64,000 bases of DNA from Acidobacteriota bacterium (GTDB lineage Bacteria > Acidobacteriota > Thermoanaerobaculia > UBA5066 > Gp7-AA6): positions 305 through 64,304 of the forward strand of contig JBDTOO010000018.1 of the NCBI GenBank assembly GCA_039933215.1, given 5' to 3'. Below, one piece after another: positions 24,442 to 33,391 of this stretch. Position 1 is the first letter of the stretch; every line of letters begins with the position of its first letter. A program made the position numbers and the translations under genes. A model generated the notes under the pieces. That model was not told where the DNA came from. It ran no database searches and saw nothing but the letters and a program-made list of their open reading frames with translations.

Positions 24442-26886
24442 TCAGATCGTCCGGGAGGGCATGCCCGGGTATCCGCCGACCGGTTGCCCGCCGCCCCGGA
24501 CGCTCTCTTGCATCAGGACCGGCGACGCGGGAAGCCGGTCGAGAACCGGCAACCCGGTCGAGCCGTACCGCCCGAACTGGAGCACGCCCGTCGGGCACGA
24601 CTGCACGCACGCCGAGCAGCGCACGCATTCGGGGTCCTCCATCGGGAGGCCCTTGTTCGCGAAGTTCATGATGTCGATGCCCTGGTGGCAGACGGAGGTG
24701 CAGACGTTGCAGGAGATGCACTTCGCCTTGTCCGGGAAGATCCGGAAGCGCGAGAAGCGTGTGTAGACGTGCATGAGCGCGGCGAGCGGGCAGGCGAAGC
24801 GGCACCACACCCGGCCCGAGAACCAGAAGTAGAAGCCGACGCCGACGATCCCCGCCAGGAAGATGTCGACGACGTGGTAGTAGTTGAGCTGTATCCCCGC
24901 GATGGACCAGCCGGAGAGGAGACCCGAGAAGAGCTTGCCCGCCGCGCCGCCCACGCTCGTGTTCGGCCAGGTCCACGAAATCGCGCGCGCGAAGAAAAGC
25001 ACGAAGGCCGCGGCCAGGACCGCCTGACCGACCATGTTCATCCGGTTCCAGAGGGGACCGTGCGGCATTTTCTGGCGCTGCGTGTCTCCCATGGTCTCCG
25101 CGAGGGCGCCGCACGAGCAGATCCAGCCGCAGTAAGCCCCCTTGCCCCAGCGCCGGATGATGAGCGGGATGATCACGAACGTCTGCACGAAGGAGATCGC
25201 GAGCCACCACCACAGCGGCTGCGACGAGAACACGTTCCAGATGAAGAGCGGCCACGCCAGGATGAACCCGAACGCCCGCCAGTACTCCCGCCCCTGTCCG
25301 TAGTCCGCCGCGGGGAACAGATGGTCGGCAAAGGTCTTGCCGAAGCCGTGGTCGAAGGCGCCGTTGTGGCCGAGCCAGGGCAGCAGGAGGTAGGGGAGGA
25401 GGAAGAGGGGGATCCATTGGATGAGCGTCAGCGTGACCGTCTGCCGGGTCACGTAGGGCGTCTTGCGGCGGCGGATGCGCGCGATCCCGAAGAGCAGGAC
25501 GCAGAGGCAGTACGCGAAGGAGTAGTAGAAGCCCGGCTCCTTCAGGGAGAGGACGAAGGTGCCGAGGAGCGTGGCCGGGTTCCGGGCCGCCGCGGCGATC
25601 CCTCCGCCCGCGCGCTCGAAGAGCGACGGGACGTTGAACGGGAAGTAGCCGCGCTTCTCGAACGCCTTCGTCAGGTCGCCGCCCGATTTCCAGTTGTAGA
25701 GAAAGATGCACGCGAGCAGGAACGCCGCGAATCCGGAAACGACCCCGGCCCGCCACTCGCCGCGGATGGGGATTTTCGAGCGCCGGAAGAAATCGAGCGG
25801 CGCCTCGCGGCCGAGCATCGTGAAGACGACGTCGTTGTCGAGCGCCGACTCCGCGCCGGCTTCGTCCTTCATCACGACGCGGGCGGGCTCGACGCGGACG
25901 ACCTGCGTGGCCATCGCGAGGCGGACGGATCCCGGAGCGTGCGCGTCCCCCTTCACCCGCGAGAACGCTCCCGTGGCGGTCGTGACCCGCTCGGAGCTCG
26001 GGTGCTCGATCTCGACGGGAGCGGACGGGTCCTTGACGAGCTCGCGGATCTTCCGGACGTTCTCGGGCTTCGGCCGGGCGAACTCTTTCCTGCGGTAGGA
26101 GACCGTGACGTGCGCGCCCGCCCTCGCGAGGGCGATCGCCGTCTCGAGCGCCGAATCCCCGCCGCCGACCACGAGGGCCTTCTTCCCCGCGAACTCCTTC
26201 GGATCGTAGAGCCGGTTGAAGACCTTCTCGAGATCCTCTCCGGGCACGCCCAGCCGGCGGTGATTTCCGCTCCGGCCGATCGCCACGATCACTCTCCGGG
26301 CTCGCGTGACCTTCTTGTCCTTTCCTCCATGGTGAAGGACGAGCGCGGCGCCCTTCCGCTCGATCCGCTCGATGCGCGCGATCGTCGGCTCGATCCCCGC
26401 CTTCCGGCGGATCTCCTGCATCCGGGCGAGGAGCGCCTCCTTCGGATGGACCTCGCTCTCGAACTGGAGCTCGCCGGCGGGCGTCATGTTCGTCGGGTAC
26501 GTGTAGATCGGCTTGGCCTTCGGGAAGTTGACGACGGTCGAGAAGATCTCCGTCGCCTCGAAGACTTCGAAGGTCAGCCCGTTCTTCTTCGCCTCCAGCG
26601 CGGCCGCGATGCCAGACACCCCGGCCCCGACGATTCCGACGTCGACCGTGCCCGCCTCCCGCCCGCCCGGGGAGGCGAAGTCGGGCTCGGCCAGGATGCG
26701 CTGGATCGCCCGCGCTCCCGTGTCCGAGGAGAACTTCAGGAGAGGGATCCCCGTCAGGTCCCCGACGATGCGGACCCCGGGGACAGCGGTCGTTCCGTCC
26801 TCGCGGACGTCCGGCAGCTTCTCGACGGTTCCCGCCGGCCACATCGTGTGCAGCCAATGGGTGTAGCGCGCGATCGGATTCACCAT
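24442..26886 (-). CDS. FAD/NAD(P)-dependent oxidoreductase fused to a membrane polyferredoxin (NapH/MauN-like 4Fe-4S) domain
   Basis: Dinucleotide motifs VGIVGAGVSGIAAAL and ALVVGGGDSALETA, multiple TM helices, and C-terminal CRFACPLAAL...CISCNVCTSVCHQG...CVRCSACVQSCPTG. The start is uncertain: ATG 26886 (used here) or ATG 26970. The latter would place a terminator-like hairpin inside the coding region. Confidence 0.85.
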   Translation of the reverse strand: MVNPIARYTHWLHTMWPAGTVEKLPDVREDGTTAVPGVRIVGDLTGIPLLKFSSDTGARAIQRILAEPDFASPGGREAGTVDVGIVGAGVSGIAAALEAKKNGLTFEVFEATEIFSTVVNFPKAKPIYTYPTNMTPAGELQFESEVHPKEALLARMQEIRRKAGIEPTIARIERIERKGAALVLHHGGKDKKVTRARRVIVAIGRSGNHRRLGVPGEDLEKVFNRLYDPKEFAGKKALVVGGGDSALETAIALARAGAHVTVSYRRKEFARPKPENVRKIRELVKDPSAPVEIEHPSSERVTTATGAFSRVKGDAHAPGSVRLAMATQVVRVEPARVVMKDEAGAESALDNDVVFTMLGREAPLDFFRRSKIPIRGEWRAGVVSGFAAFLLACIFLYNWKSGGDLTKAFEKRGYFPFNVPSLFERAGGGIAAAARNPATLLGTFVLSLKEPGFYYSFAYCLCVLLFGIARIRRRKTPYVTRQTVTLTLIQWIPLFLLPYLLLPWLGHNGAFDHGFGKTFADHLFPAADYGQGREYWRAFGFILAWPLFIWNVFSSQPLWWWLAISFVQTFVIIPLIIRRWGKGAYCGWICSCGALAETMGDTQRQKMPHGPLWNRMNMVGQAVLAAAFVLFFARAISWTWPNTSVGGAAGKLFSGLLSGWSIAGIQLNYYHVVDIFLAGIVGVGFYFWFSGRVWCRFACPLAALMHVYTRFSRFRIFPDKAKCISCNVCTSVCHQGIDIMNFANKGLPMEDPECVRCSACVQSCPTGVLQFGRYGSTGLPVLDRLPASPVLMQESVRGGGQPVGGYPGMPSRTI

Positions 26887-26931
26887 GGATGTCCCTGCGA
26901 AGTCTACGGGCAGAGTCGCAGGAGGGATCTG

Positions 26932-26962
26932 AAAAAAGGCGCCGGCGGGCGCCTTTTTTTTT
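26932..26962. other. Perfect GC hairpin flanked by A6 and T9 (terminator-like, symmetric)
   Basis: AAAAAA-GGCGCC-GGCG-GGCGCC-TTTTTTTTT. It lies between divergently transcribed genes, or within the first 13 codons of the 842-aa version of the oxidoreductase ORF. Confidence 0.6.
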
Positions 26963-26977
26963 CCGGCCATCTGTCGG

Positions 26978-27018
26978 CGATCGGGTCATCGGGCCATCGG
27001 GCCATCGGGCCATCCGGG
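26978..27018. repeat. Tandem octamer array (CGATCGGG, TCATCGGG, CCATCGGG x2, CCATCCGGG)
   Basis: Read directly, in the divergent intergenic region upstream of the Fpg/Nei gene. Confidence 0.85.
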
Positions 27019-27099
27019 AATGCGGCTCGCGAGCTGCTGGTGTGCCTGAGAGCGGGAGATTGATTTTCCCCCGCGCGAAAAAGCTGATACCTCTTCCGC

Positions 27100-28002
27100 G
27101 TGCCCGAGCTTCCGGACATCACGGCCTACATCGCGGCTCTGACCCCTCGGGTCGTGGGCCGGGCTCTGGAATCCGTGCGGATCGGGAGCCCGTTTCTCGT
27201 CCGATCCTTCGAGCCGCCGGTCTCCTCCGCGGAAGGCCGACGGGTCCTGGGGCTGCGGCGTCTCGGGAAGCGAATCGTCTTCGAGTTGGATGGGGAGCTC
27301 TTTCTCGTCCTGCATCTCATGATCTCGGGGAGGCTTCACTGGCGGACGGGCCCCGTGAACGTGCGCGGGAAGATGGCGCTCGCCGCGTTCGACTTCGGCA
27401 CGGGCACACTCCTCCTGACCGAGGCGAGCTCGAAAAAACGGGCGTCGCTCCACCTCGTGAGCGGGGAGGCGGCGCTCGCCGACTTCGAGCGGGGCGGCCT
27501 CGAAGTGATGGACGCCCGCTTCGAGGCTTTCGACACGGCCCTCCGCCGGGAGAATCACACGCTGAAGCGATCGCTGACGGACCCGCGCCTCTTCTCGGGC
27601 ATCGGCAACGCGTACTCGGACGAGATCCTCCACCGCGCTCGGCTGTCGCCCGCGAAGCTCACGTCGCGGCTGACCGGCGAGGAGGCCCGGCGTCTCCACG
27701 AAGCGGCGCGCGACATCCTGAGCATGTGGACGGCGCGGTTCGTCGCGGACGCCGAGCGGGCGTTTCCGGAAAAGGTCACGGCTTTCCGGGAGGGAATGGC
27801 GGTCCACGGCCGGTACGGCAAGCCCTGCCCGGACTGTGGGACGCCCGTGCAGAGGATCGTCTATGCGCAGAACGAGTCGAACTACTGCGCGAAGTGCCAG
27901 ACCGGGGGCAAGCTGCTCGCCGACCGGGCCCTTTCGCAGCTCCTCCGCGGGGACTGGCCGAAAACGCTCGAAGAGCTCGAGGAGCGCAAGCGGACCTCCT
28001 GA
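27100..28002 (+). CDS. Fpg/Nei-family DNA glycosylase / AP lyase
   Basis: (M)PELPDITAY N-terminus with the catalytic Pro2, an H2TH region (RSLTDPRLFSGIGNAYSDEILHRARL) and a C-terminal zinc finger CPDCGTPV...YCAKCQ. GTG start. Confidence 0.9.
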   Translation: MPELPDITAYIAALTPRVVGRALESVRIGSPFLVRSFEPPVSSAEGRRVLGLRRLGKRIVFELDGELFLVLHLMISGRLHWRTGPVNVRGKMALAAFDFGTGTLLLTEASSKKRASLHLVSGEAALADFERGGLEVMDARFEAFDTALRRENHTLKRSLTDPRLFSGIGNAYSDEILHRARLSPAKLTSRLTGEEARRLHEAARDILSMWTARFVADAERAFPEKVTAFREGMAVHGRYGKPCPDCGTPVQRIVYAQNESNYCAKCQTGGKLLADRALSQLLRGDWPKTLEELEERKRTS

Positions 28003-28135
28003 CGCCTTTGCGGAATACACGCCCCGCGCCTCCGGGCCGTGCGGATCTGGCACGCGGGCTTCCTCGGCCTGGCGCGCCCTGTCCCGATAACCTTCGCCGC
28101 CGCGACCCGTATCGGTGGAGCGAAACGGAGGAGCC

Positions 28136-29176
28136 ATGAAGCGATCCGCGGTGGCGGGTCTCACCGCACTCGCGCTCGCCCTGGGGGGCGCGGCGCTCGC
28201 GCCCCGCGGAGCCCCGTCGGCGGCGCCGGCCGCTCCTTCGGGAGGCGCCTCCCCGGCCTTCGGAGGAACGGTCTTCGCCCCGGGCGCCGTCTCGACCGCG
28301 ATGGACGAGATCGGCGCGACGTTCACCCCCGACGGGAACACGGTGTATTTCGCGCGGCGGTCTCCGACGACGTCCTCGCCGCCCGTGCAGGCGATCTTCG
28401 TGTCCCGCCGGAACGGGTCGCGCTGGTCGCCGCCGGTGATCGTCCCGTTCTCCGGCCGTTGGAGCGACTTCGCGCCGAGCGTGTCGCGCGACGGCTCGAG
28501 GCTCTTCTTCTCCTCCCTCCGTCCGCGCGCGGGCGCATCGGCCGCCCGCGAAGACGCCGACATCTGGTTCGTGGAACGCGACGCCGCCGGCGCCTGGGGC
28601 GAGCCGCGCAATCCCGGGGCGCCGGTGAATACGGATCGCAACGACTCGAACGCCTGCGCCGCGGCGGACGGCACGCTCTACTTCGCGTCGGATCGCGAAT
28701 CGAGTCTCGGCATCGACCTGTGGCGCGCCGCCTGGACAGGGTCGGGGTGGGCGGCCCCCGAAAACCTCGGAGAGGGGGTCAACACCCCGGCTTACGAGTC
28801 CCAGCCGGCCGTCGCCGCCGATCAGAGCTTCGTCGTCTTCACTTCCGTCGGCCGTCCGGACATCGCACTGACCGGAGGATCCCCGTACGCCCGCGGCGAC
28901 CTTTACGTGAGCCTCCGCCGCGGATCCGCGTTCGAGCCGGCGCGCAACCTGGGCCCGATCGTCAACACTCCGGCCACGGAGTCGAACCCCAGCCTCTCCC
29001 CGGACGGCCGGACGCTCTACTTCACGAGCGAACGGGGGATCGCGCGGATCCCGATGGCCGGCGGGCTGACGCGGGAAGGATTCGAGAACGCTATGCGCGG
29101 AATCGAGAACGGCCGCGGCAACATCTACGAAATTTCCCTCGAGAAGCTCGGCCTCGCCGCGGGGCGCGCGCGATGA
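28136..29176 (+). CDS. Secreted PD40/TolB-like beta-propeller repeat protein
   Basis: GGAGGA lies upstream of ATG 28136. Signal peptide MKRSAVAGLTALALALGGAALA. Repeats ...F.PDG.T.YF.S.R. Confidence 0.85.
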   Translation: MKRSAVAGLTALALALGGAALAPRGAPSAAPAAPSGGASPAFGGTVFAPGAVSTAMDEIGATFTPDGNTVYFARRSPTTSSPPVQAIFVSRRNGSRWSPPVIVPFSGRWSDFAPSVSRDGSRLFFSSLRPRAGASAAREDADIWFVERDAAGAWGEPRNPGAPVNTDRNDSNACAAADGTLYFASDRESSLGIDLWRAAWTGSGWAAPENLGEGVNTPAYESQPAVAADQSFVVFTSVGRPDIALTGGSPYARGDLYVSLRRGSAFEPARNLGPIVNTPATESNPSLSPDGRTLYFTSERGIARIPMAGGLTREGFENAMRGIENGRGNIYEISLEKLGLAAGRAR

Positions 29177-30180
29177 CGCGCGCGCCGCGGTTTCTCGCGC
29201 TGGTCCTCCTGACGGGAGGGATCCTCGCCGCCCTCCGGGGCGCATCGTCCGGGGCAGGCGGGCCGCCGCCCGCTGCGCCGCCGGCCGGCCGTGCGCCGGG
29301 CCCGGAGCCGGTGATCGTGGGAGAGGGCGTCATCTCGACGCCGGACGACGAGTTCGGCGGGACGTTCTCGCCGGACGGCCGGACCATGCTCTATTGCAAG
29401 TCGATCCCGCGCTCGCAGTTCTACGTCATCCTCGAATCGCACTGGGAAGGGAGCCGCTGGGGCGCGCCGCGTATCGCGCCCTTTTCCGGACGCTGGCGCG
29501 ATTCCGATCCGGTTTTCTCGCGCGATGGCCGCCGCGTCTACTTCGCTTCGGATCGCCCCGTCGCCGGCGCCGACAAGAAAAACTTCGACATCTGGTTCGT
29601 CGAGCGCACGGCCACGGGATGGGGCGAACCGGCGAACCTCGGACCGCCGATCAACAGCGATCAGAACGAGGACTTCATCTCGTTCGCGGCGGACGGCACC
29701 GCGTACTTCACCTCGGGCCGGGAGGGCAGCGCCGGCGGGCTCGACGTCTGGCGGTCGCGGCTGGTCGAAGGGAAATACGCGACCCCCGAGAACCTGGGGG
29801 CGACGATCAACGGCAAGGACTGGCTGAACATCGAAGGTTGGATCGCGGACGACGAGAGTTTCCTTCTCGTCGGCGCGTTTGGCCATCCCGAGGGCGCCGG
29901 CGGGCAGGACATCTTCGTGAGCTACCGGAATTCCGACGGCTCGTTCGGGCCGTTGAAAATGCTCAATCCGAAGATCAATACCGCGGCGCGCGAGTACAGC
30001 CCGCGCGTGTCGCTCGACGGGAAGTCTCTCTTCTTCTCGAGCGAGCGCGGGATGCCGACCGACGTCCGGACGGCGCCGTGGACCGCCTCGGAGTACGAGA
30101 AGGCGTGCGGCTCCGTGCGCAACGGGCTCGGCAACATCTACCGGATGGCGCTCACGGACGCTCTCGCCGGCACCCGCTGA
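29173..30180 (+). CDS. Secreted PD40/TolB-like beta-propeller repeat protein (paralog of the preceding gene)
   Basis: ATG overlaps the preceding stop (ATGA). Signal-like MTRAPRFLALVLLTGGILAAL, then the same repeat architecture (FSPDGRTMLY.., FSRDGRRVYFASDRP.., FAADGTAYFTSGR.., SLDGKSLFFSSERG). Confidence 0.85.
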   Translation: MTRAPRFLALVLLTGGILAALRGASSGAGGPPPAAPPAGRAPGPEPVIVGEGVISTPDDEFGGTFSPDGRTMLYCKSIPRSQFYVILESHWEGSRWGAPRIAPFSGRWRDSDPVFSRDGRRVYFASDRPVAGADKKNFDIWFVERTATGWGEPANLGPPINSDQNEDFISFAADGTAYFTSGREGSAGGLDVWRSRLVEGKYATPENLGATINGKDWLNIEGWIADDESFLLVGAFGHPEGAGGQDIFVSYRNSDGSFGPLKMLNPKINTAAREYSPRVSLDGKSLFFSSERGMPTDVRTAPWTASEYEKACGSVRNGLGNIYRMALTDALAGTR

Positions 30181-30225
30181 GACGATCGCGCGGCGGGCGG
30201 CGGAGCGGGGAAGGCGCGCTGCCGC

Positions 30226-31188
30226 TCAGCCCCGCTCGCCGGCGAGAATCGAGACGAGCCGGGTGAGATCGATGTTCCCTCCCGACACGACGCACACGAT
30301 CCGACCCGGTCCGCCCCGGCCCGCGATGGCCGCGGCGACGGACGTCGCGCCCGCGCCCTCCGCGACGACCCGCGCCCGCTCCACGAGGACGCGGACCGCC
30401 GCCGCCACGCCTTCGAGAGGCACGACGATCGATCCCGCGAGGACCGCCCGGGCGAGGGGCCACATCTCCTCGAGCACCGTGCGCGCGCCGATCCCGTCGA
30501 CGAAGCTCGGGTGGTATTCGGTGGGAACGGGCCGGCCCGCCGCCAGGGATGACGAGAACGGCGCGGCCGATTCGACCTCGCACGCCCACACGGGTGCCTT
30601 CGATCCGGAACCGCGCATCGCGCAACTGATCCCGCACGAGAGCCCGCCGCCGCCGTAGGGGACGAGCACGGCGTCCACCGTGGGGAGGTCCTCCAGGATC
30701 TCGAGGCCGATCGTGCCGTTGCCCGCGATGACGGCGGGATGGCTCACCGGATGGATGAAGTAGCCGGGAACGTCGGGGTGGCCGTGGTCGACGAGCGCCT
30801 GCCACCACCGGTCGAAGGGAAGCTTCACGATGCGGCCGCCGAGCCTCTCGATGGCCGCGAGCTTGGTCGCGGGAGCGTGCTCCGGCACGATCACCGTGCA
30901 GGGGACGCCCATCGCCCGCGCGTTCCACGCGACGCCCTGCGCCATGTTCCCCGCCGAAGCCGTGACGACCCCCCGGGAGAGCTCCTCCCTCGGGGCGAGG
31001 CGCATCGCGTTGGCCGCGCCGCGGATCTTGAAGGATCCGATCGGCTGCAGGCACTCGAGCTTCAGCCAGATCTCGCCGGCGTCCCACGGAACGTCGAGCC
31101 GGACGAGGGGAGTCCGAAGCGCCGCGCCCGCGATCCGGCCCCGGGCCGCGAGGATCTCCGAGAGAGGGACCGGCTCAATCGGCTTCAT
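30226..31188 (-). CDS. PLP-dependent threonine/serine dehydratase-family enzyme
   Basis: LKLECLQPIGSFKIRGAANAM (the PLP-lysine motif of the threonine dehydratase / serine racemase branch) and a GGGGL glycine loop. ATG 31188; the upstream part of the track ORF is non-coding-like. Confidence 0.88.
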   Translation of the reverse strand: MKPIEPVPLSEILAARGRIAGAALRTPLVRLDVPWDAGEIWLKLECLQPIGSFKIRGAANAMRLAPREELSRGVVTASAGNMAQGVAWNARAMGVPCTVIVPEHAPATKLAAIERLGGRIVKLPFDRWWQALVDHGHPDVPGYFIHPVSHPAVIAGNGTIGLEILEDLPTVDAVLVPYGGGGLSCGISCAMRGSGSKAPVWACEVESAAPFSSSLAAGRPVPTEYHPSFVDGIGARTVLEEMWPLARAVLAGSIVVPLEGVAAAVRVLVERARVVAEGAGATSVAAAIAGRGGPGRIVCVVSGGNIDLTRLVSILAGERG

Positions 31189-32134
31189 CGCGCCCGCCGC
31201 CGAGGTCGACGCGGAGCACTGCCGGATCCCGGGAGGCCTTCTCCAGCACGTAGCGCGCGCAGGCGACGTCTTCGATCGCGAGTCCCACCGCCTTGAAGAG
31301 CGTGCGTTCGTCGTTCGACCCGCGCCCCGGCGCCGTGCCAATGAGCGCTTCGCCGACTTCGCCGACGATGTGCCGGTCGTCGACCGCCCCCTCCGCCTTC
31401 GCGAGGAGGAAGTCGCCGGCCTCGGCGAGAGCCGACTCCCGTCGATCGACCCACAGTCGCGATTGCGCGACGGCGGCCGTGTCGAGCTCGCGCGCGCTCG
31501 CGACGCTCGATCCGATCGCGTTCACGTGGCAGCCGGGGGCGAGCCACTCTCCCGCAACGACGGGCACCGCGGAGGACGTCACGGTGCAGACGATGTCGGC
31601 GCCCGCGACGGCCTCCCGCACGGTCGGGAATGCCTCCACCTCGATTCCGTGCCTTCGCGATTCGCGCTTCGCGAACTCGCGCGCGCGGGGGAGATCCTGC
31701 CCGGCGACGCGCACTCGACGGAGCGTCCGCACGCAGAGCATTGCCGCGAGATGCGTTCGCGCCTGCACGCCGGAGCCCACGAGCGCGAGATCGCCGGCGT
31801 CCCGGCGCGCGAGAAGGCGAGTCGCGGCGCCCGACACCGCCGCCGTGCGGATCGCGGTGATCGTGGTCGCGTCCAGGATCGCCTCGAGCCGGCCGCGCTC
31901 GCTCTCGAAGAGAAGAACGGCGCCCTGGTGGGAGTCGAGCTCCGTCCCCTCGTTCCGGGGGAAGAAGCTCACCGCCTTCACGCCCAGCGCCTTTTCCCGG
32001 GAAAGGAACGCGGGCATGAGCCCGAGAGCGCCCCATTTTTCGGGAAGCCAGAGGATCGAGCGCAGCGGCAGGACCGCTTCGCCGCGGGCGAGCGCCGCGA
32101 GCGCGCGCTCCATCACGCCGATGCATTCGTCCAT
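31175..32134 (-). CDS. Ornithine cyclodeaminase / mu-crystallin family NAD(P)-dependent enzyme
   Basis: ...TAIRTAAVSGAATRLLAR...LALVGSGVQARTHL...VNAIGS.... The first canonical start is ATG 32134, but family-like sequence (ILTLIAGHRDVVRLLP) continues upstream to an ATT at 32182 that is preceded by GGAGGA (see findings). Confidence 0.85.
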   Translation of the reverse strand: MDECIGVMERALAALARGEAVLPLRSILWLPEKWGALGLMPAFLSREKALGVKAVSFFPRNEGTELDSHQGAVLLFESERGRLEAILDATTITAIRTAAVSGAATRLLARRDAGDLALVGSGVQARTHLAAMLCVRTLRRVRVAGQDLPRAREFAKRESRRHGIEVEAFPTVREAVAGADIVCTVTSSAVPVVAGEWLAPGCHVNAIGSSVASARELDTAAVAQSRLWVDRRESALAEAGDFLLAKAEGAVDDRHIVGEVGEALIGTAPGRGSNDERTLFKAVGLAIEDVACARYVLEKASRDPAVLRVDLGGGRDEAD

Positions 32135-32390
32135 CGGCAGCAGGCGGACGACGTCCCGGTGGCCGGCGATCAGCGTGAGAATGGAGGGTCCTCCGCGCCG
32201 TATCGTAACGCCGGGGAGTCGCGGACCGGCCTTCGTCCCCCCTTCGAGGCCCGCCGTCCGGAATCTTTCGCCGGTCCGGTCCGTATGGAAGGAAAATGAT
32301 CCTCGTGCCTGGGCCCTCGGAGCGGGATGGACGAATCGTGCACTCCCGACGCACGTGACGGATCGTTCTCCCTTCCCCTCGCTCGACGAC

Positions 32391-32523
32391 GTGAGAGGTC
32401 GGAGGTCAGAGGTGAGAGGGAGGGACGAGGCGGGAAGTCGGAGATCAGACGTCGGAGGTCGGAGGTCAGAGGTCAGAGGTGAGAGGGAACGTAAGGTGAG
32501 AAGTCCGAGGTTAGAAACGAGAG
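32391..32523. repeat. Two blocks of tandem heptamers (GTGAGAG / GTCGGAG / GTCAGAG), about 15 units, decaying at the 3' end
   Basis: Read directly: 32391..32418 has 4 units, 32437..32485 has 7 units, and degenerate copies run to about 32523. It lies in the divergent intergenic region between the OCD-family operon and a secreted hypothetical gene. Confidence 0.9.
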
Positions 32524-32534
32524 GGAATGCAGGC

Positions 32535-33368
32535 TTGCGTCCTCTCACCTTCCTCCTCTCTGCTCTCACCTTACTCTGGGCGGCTGCTTCGAGCGCCGCC
32601 GACTCCGCGCCGGAGCCCGTGCGCGTCCTCGCGGCCGAGATTCCGAGCATCCTCCAGGAATTCGAGAACCTGGTCGCCCGGGAGCGGATGACGCAGGTCC
32701 TCTTCGACGCTTCGGCAAACCGCCCGGCCCGCCGCCGGGTGATCGTCTCGGACTACCAGATCGCGCCCCTCGAAGAGGATCCGAACGTGCTCTGGGAGTT
32801 TCGCTTCGTGCGGGAAGTGGATGGAAAGCGCATCGCCGACGCCGACACCCGGATGCAGGACTTCCTCCGGCTCCGGCATCGCGATTCGCGGGAAGAGCGG
32901 ACCCGCATCACGAACCTGGGTCTCTCGAGGTCTCTCCCCGGCTGTTACTGGCACAACCTCTCCCTCATCCTCCGCGCGTTCGAGGGCGAGAACTCCGGGA
33001 ATTTCGACTGGACGCGCTCCGGCGGCGACACGTGGCGCTTCGAACAGGTCCGGGGGCTCGGGATCCCGCAGGATCTCTTCGACCCGCGCTCTCCCCGCCA
33101 CTATCCTCACGGGTCCGTCTCGTTCTCCGGGGGCGCTCTGTCGCGGCTCGACCTCGAATGGCCGTCCGACCGGTTCGTGACGTCCGTGTCCCTCGAGTTC
33201 ACGCCGCGCGAGCCCCCGGCAAATCTCCCGCGCCCCCTGAAGTACGTGGCGAAGCGGCGGCTGGCATCGAGCCAGCGCGCACTGATCCAGACCACCTTCG
33301 AGTACGACGACTACCGCCGCTTCAGCGTGCAGTCGGAGAGCCAGACGAGCCCCGGGGTCCTGCCCTAG
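32535..33368 (+). CDS. Hypothetical secreted protein
   Basis: TTG 32535 gives (M)RPLTFLLSALTLLWAAASSAADS, a signal peptide. Coding-like composition runs to the stop at 33368. No family recognised. It is the C-terminal part of track ORF 31293..33368. Confidence 0.6.
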   Translation: MRPLTFLLSALTLLWAAASSAADSAPEPVRVLAAEIPSILQEFENLVARERMTQVLFDASANRPARRRVIVSDYQIAPLEEDPNVLWEFRFVREVDGKRIADADTRMQDFLRLRHRDSREERTRITNLGLSRSLPGCYWHNLSLILRAFEGENSGNFDWTRSGGDTWRFEQVRGLGIPQDLFDPRSPRHYPHGSVSFSGGALSRLDLEWPSDRFVTSVSLEFTPREPPANLPRPLKYVAKRRLASSQRALIQTTFEYDDYRRFSVQSESQTSPGVLP

Positions 33369-33391
33369 AGCTCACGCGCGACGCTCCGCGA

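Noticed and set aside
30226-32182. The OCD + PLP pair as SbnA/SbnB (L-Dap synthesis) orthologs
   Set aside because: The PLP enzyme has the SFKIRGA threonine-dehydratase/racemase lysine motif, not the cysteine-synthase-type motif of SbnA. The gene order is also reversed.
32391-32523. Heptamer and octamer arrays (also 9146..9183, 26978..27018, 37005..37175) as CRISPR arrays
   Set aside because: The units are 7-8 nt and directly abutting, with no spacers. No cas genes or leader are present.
32391-32650. The repeat region as the coding N-terminus of the OCD-family protein (LTSDLRP repeats in track ORF 31175..32650)
   Set aside because: A 7-nt period gives frame-independent repeats. There is no SD at ATG 32650. 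The OCD-family similarity begins only near 32182.
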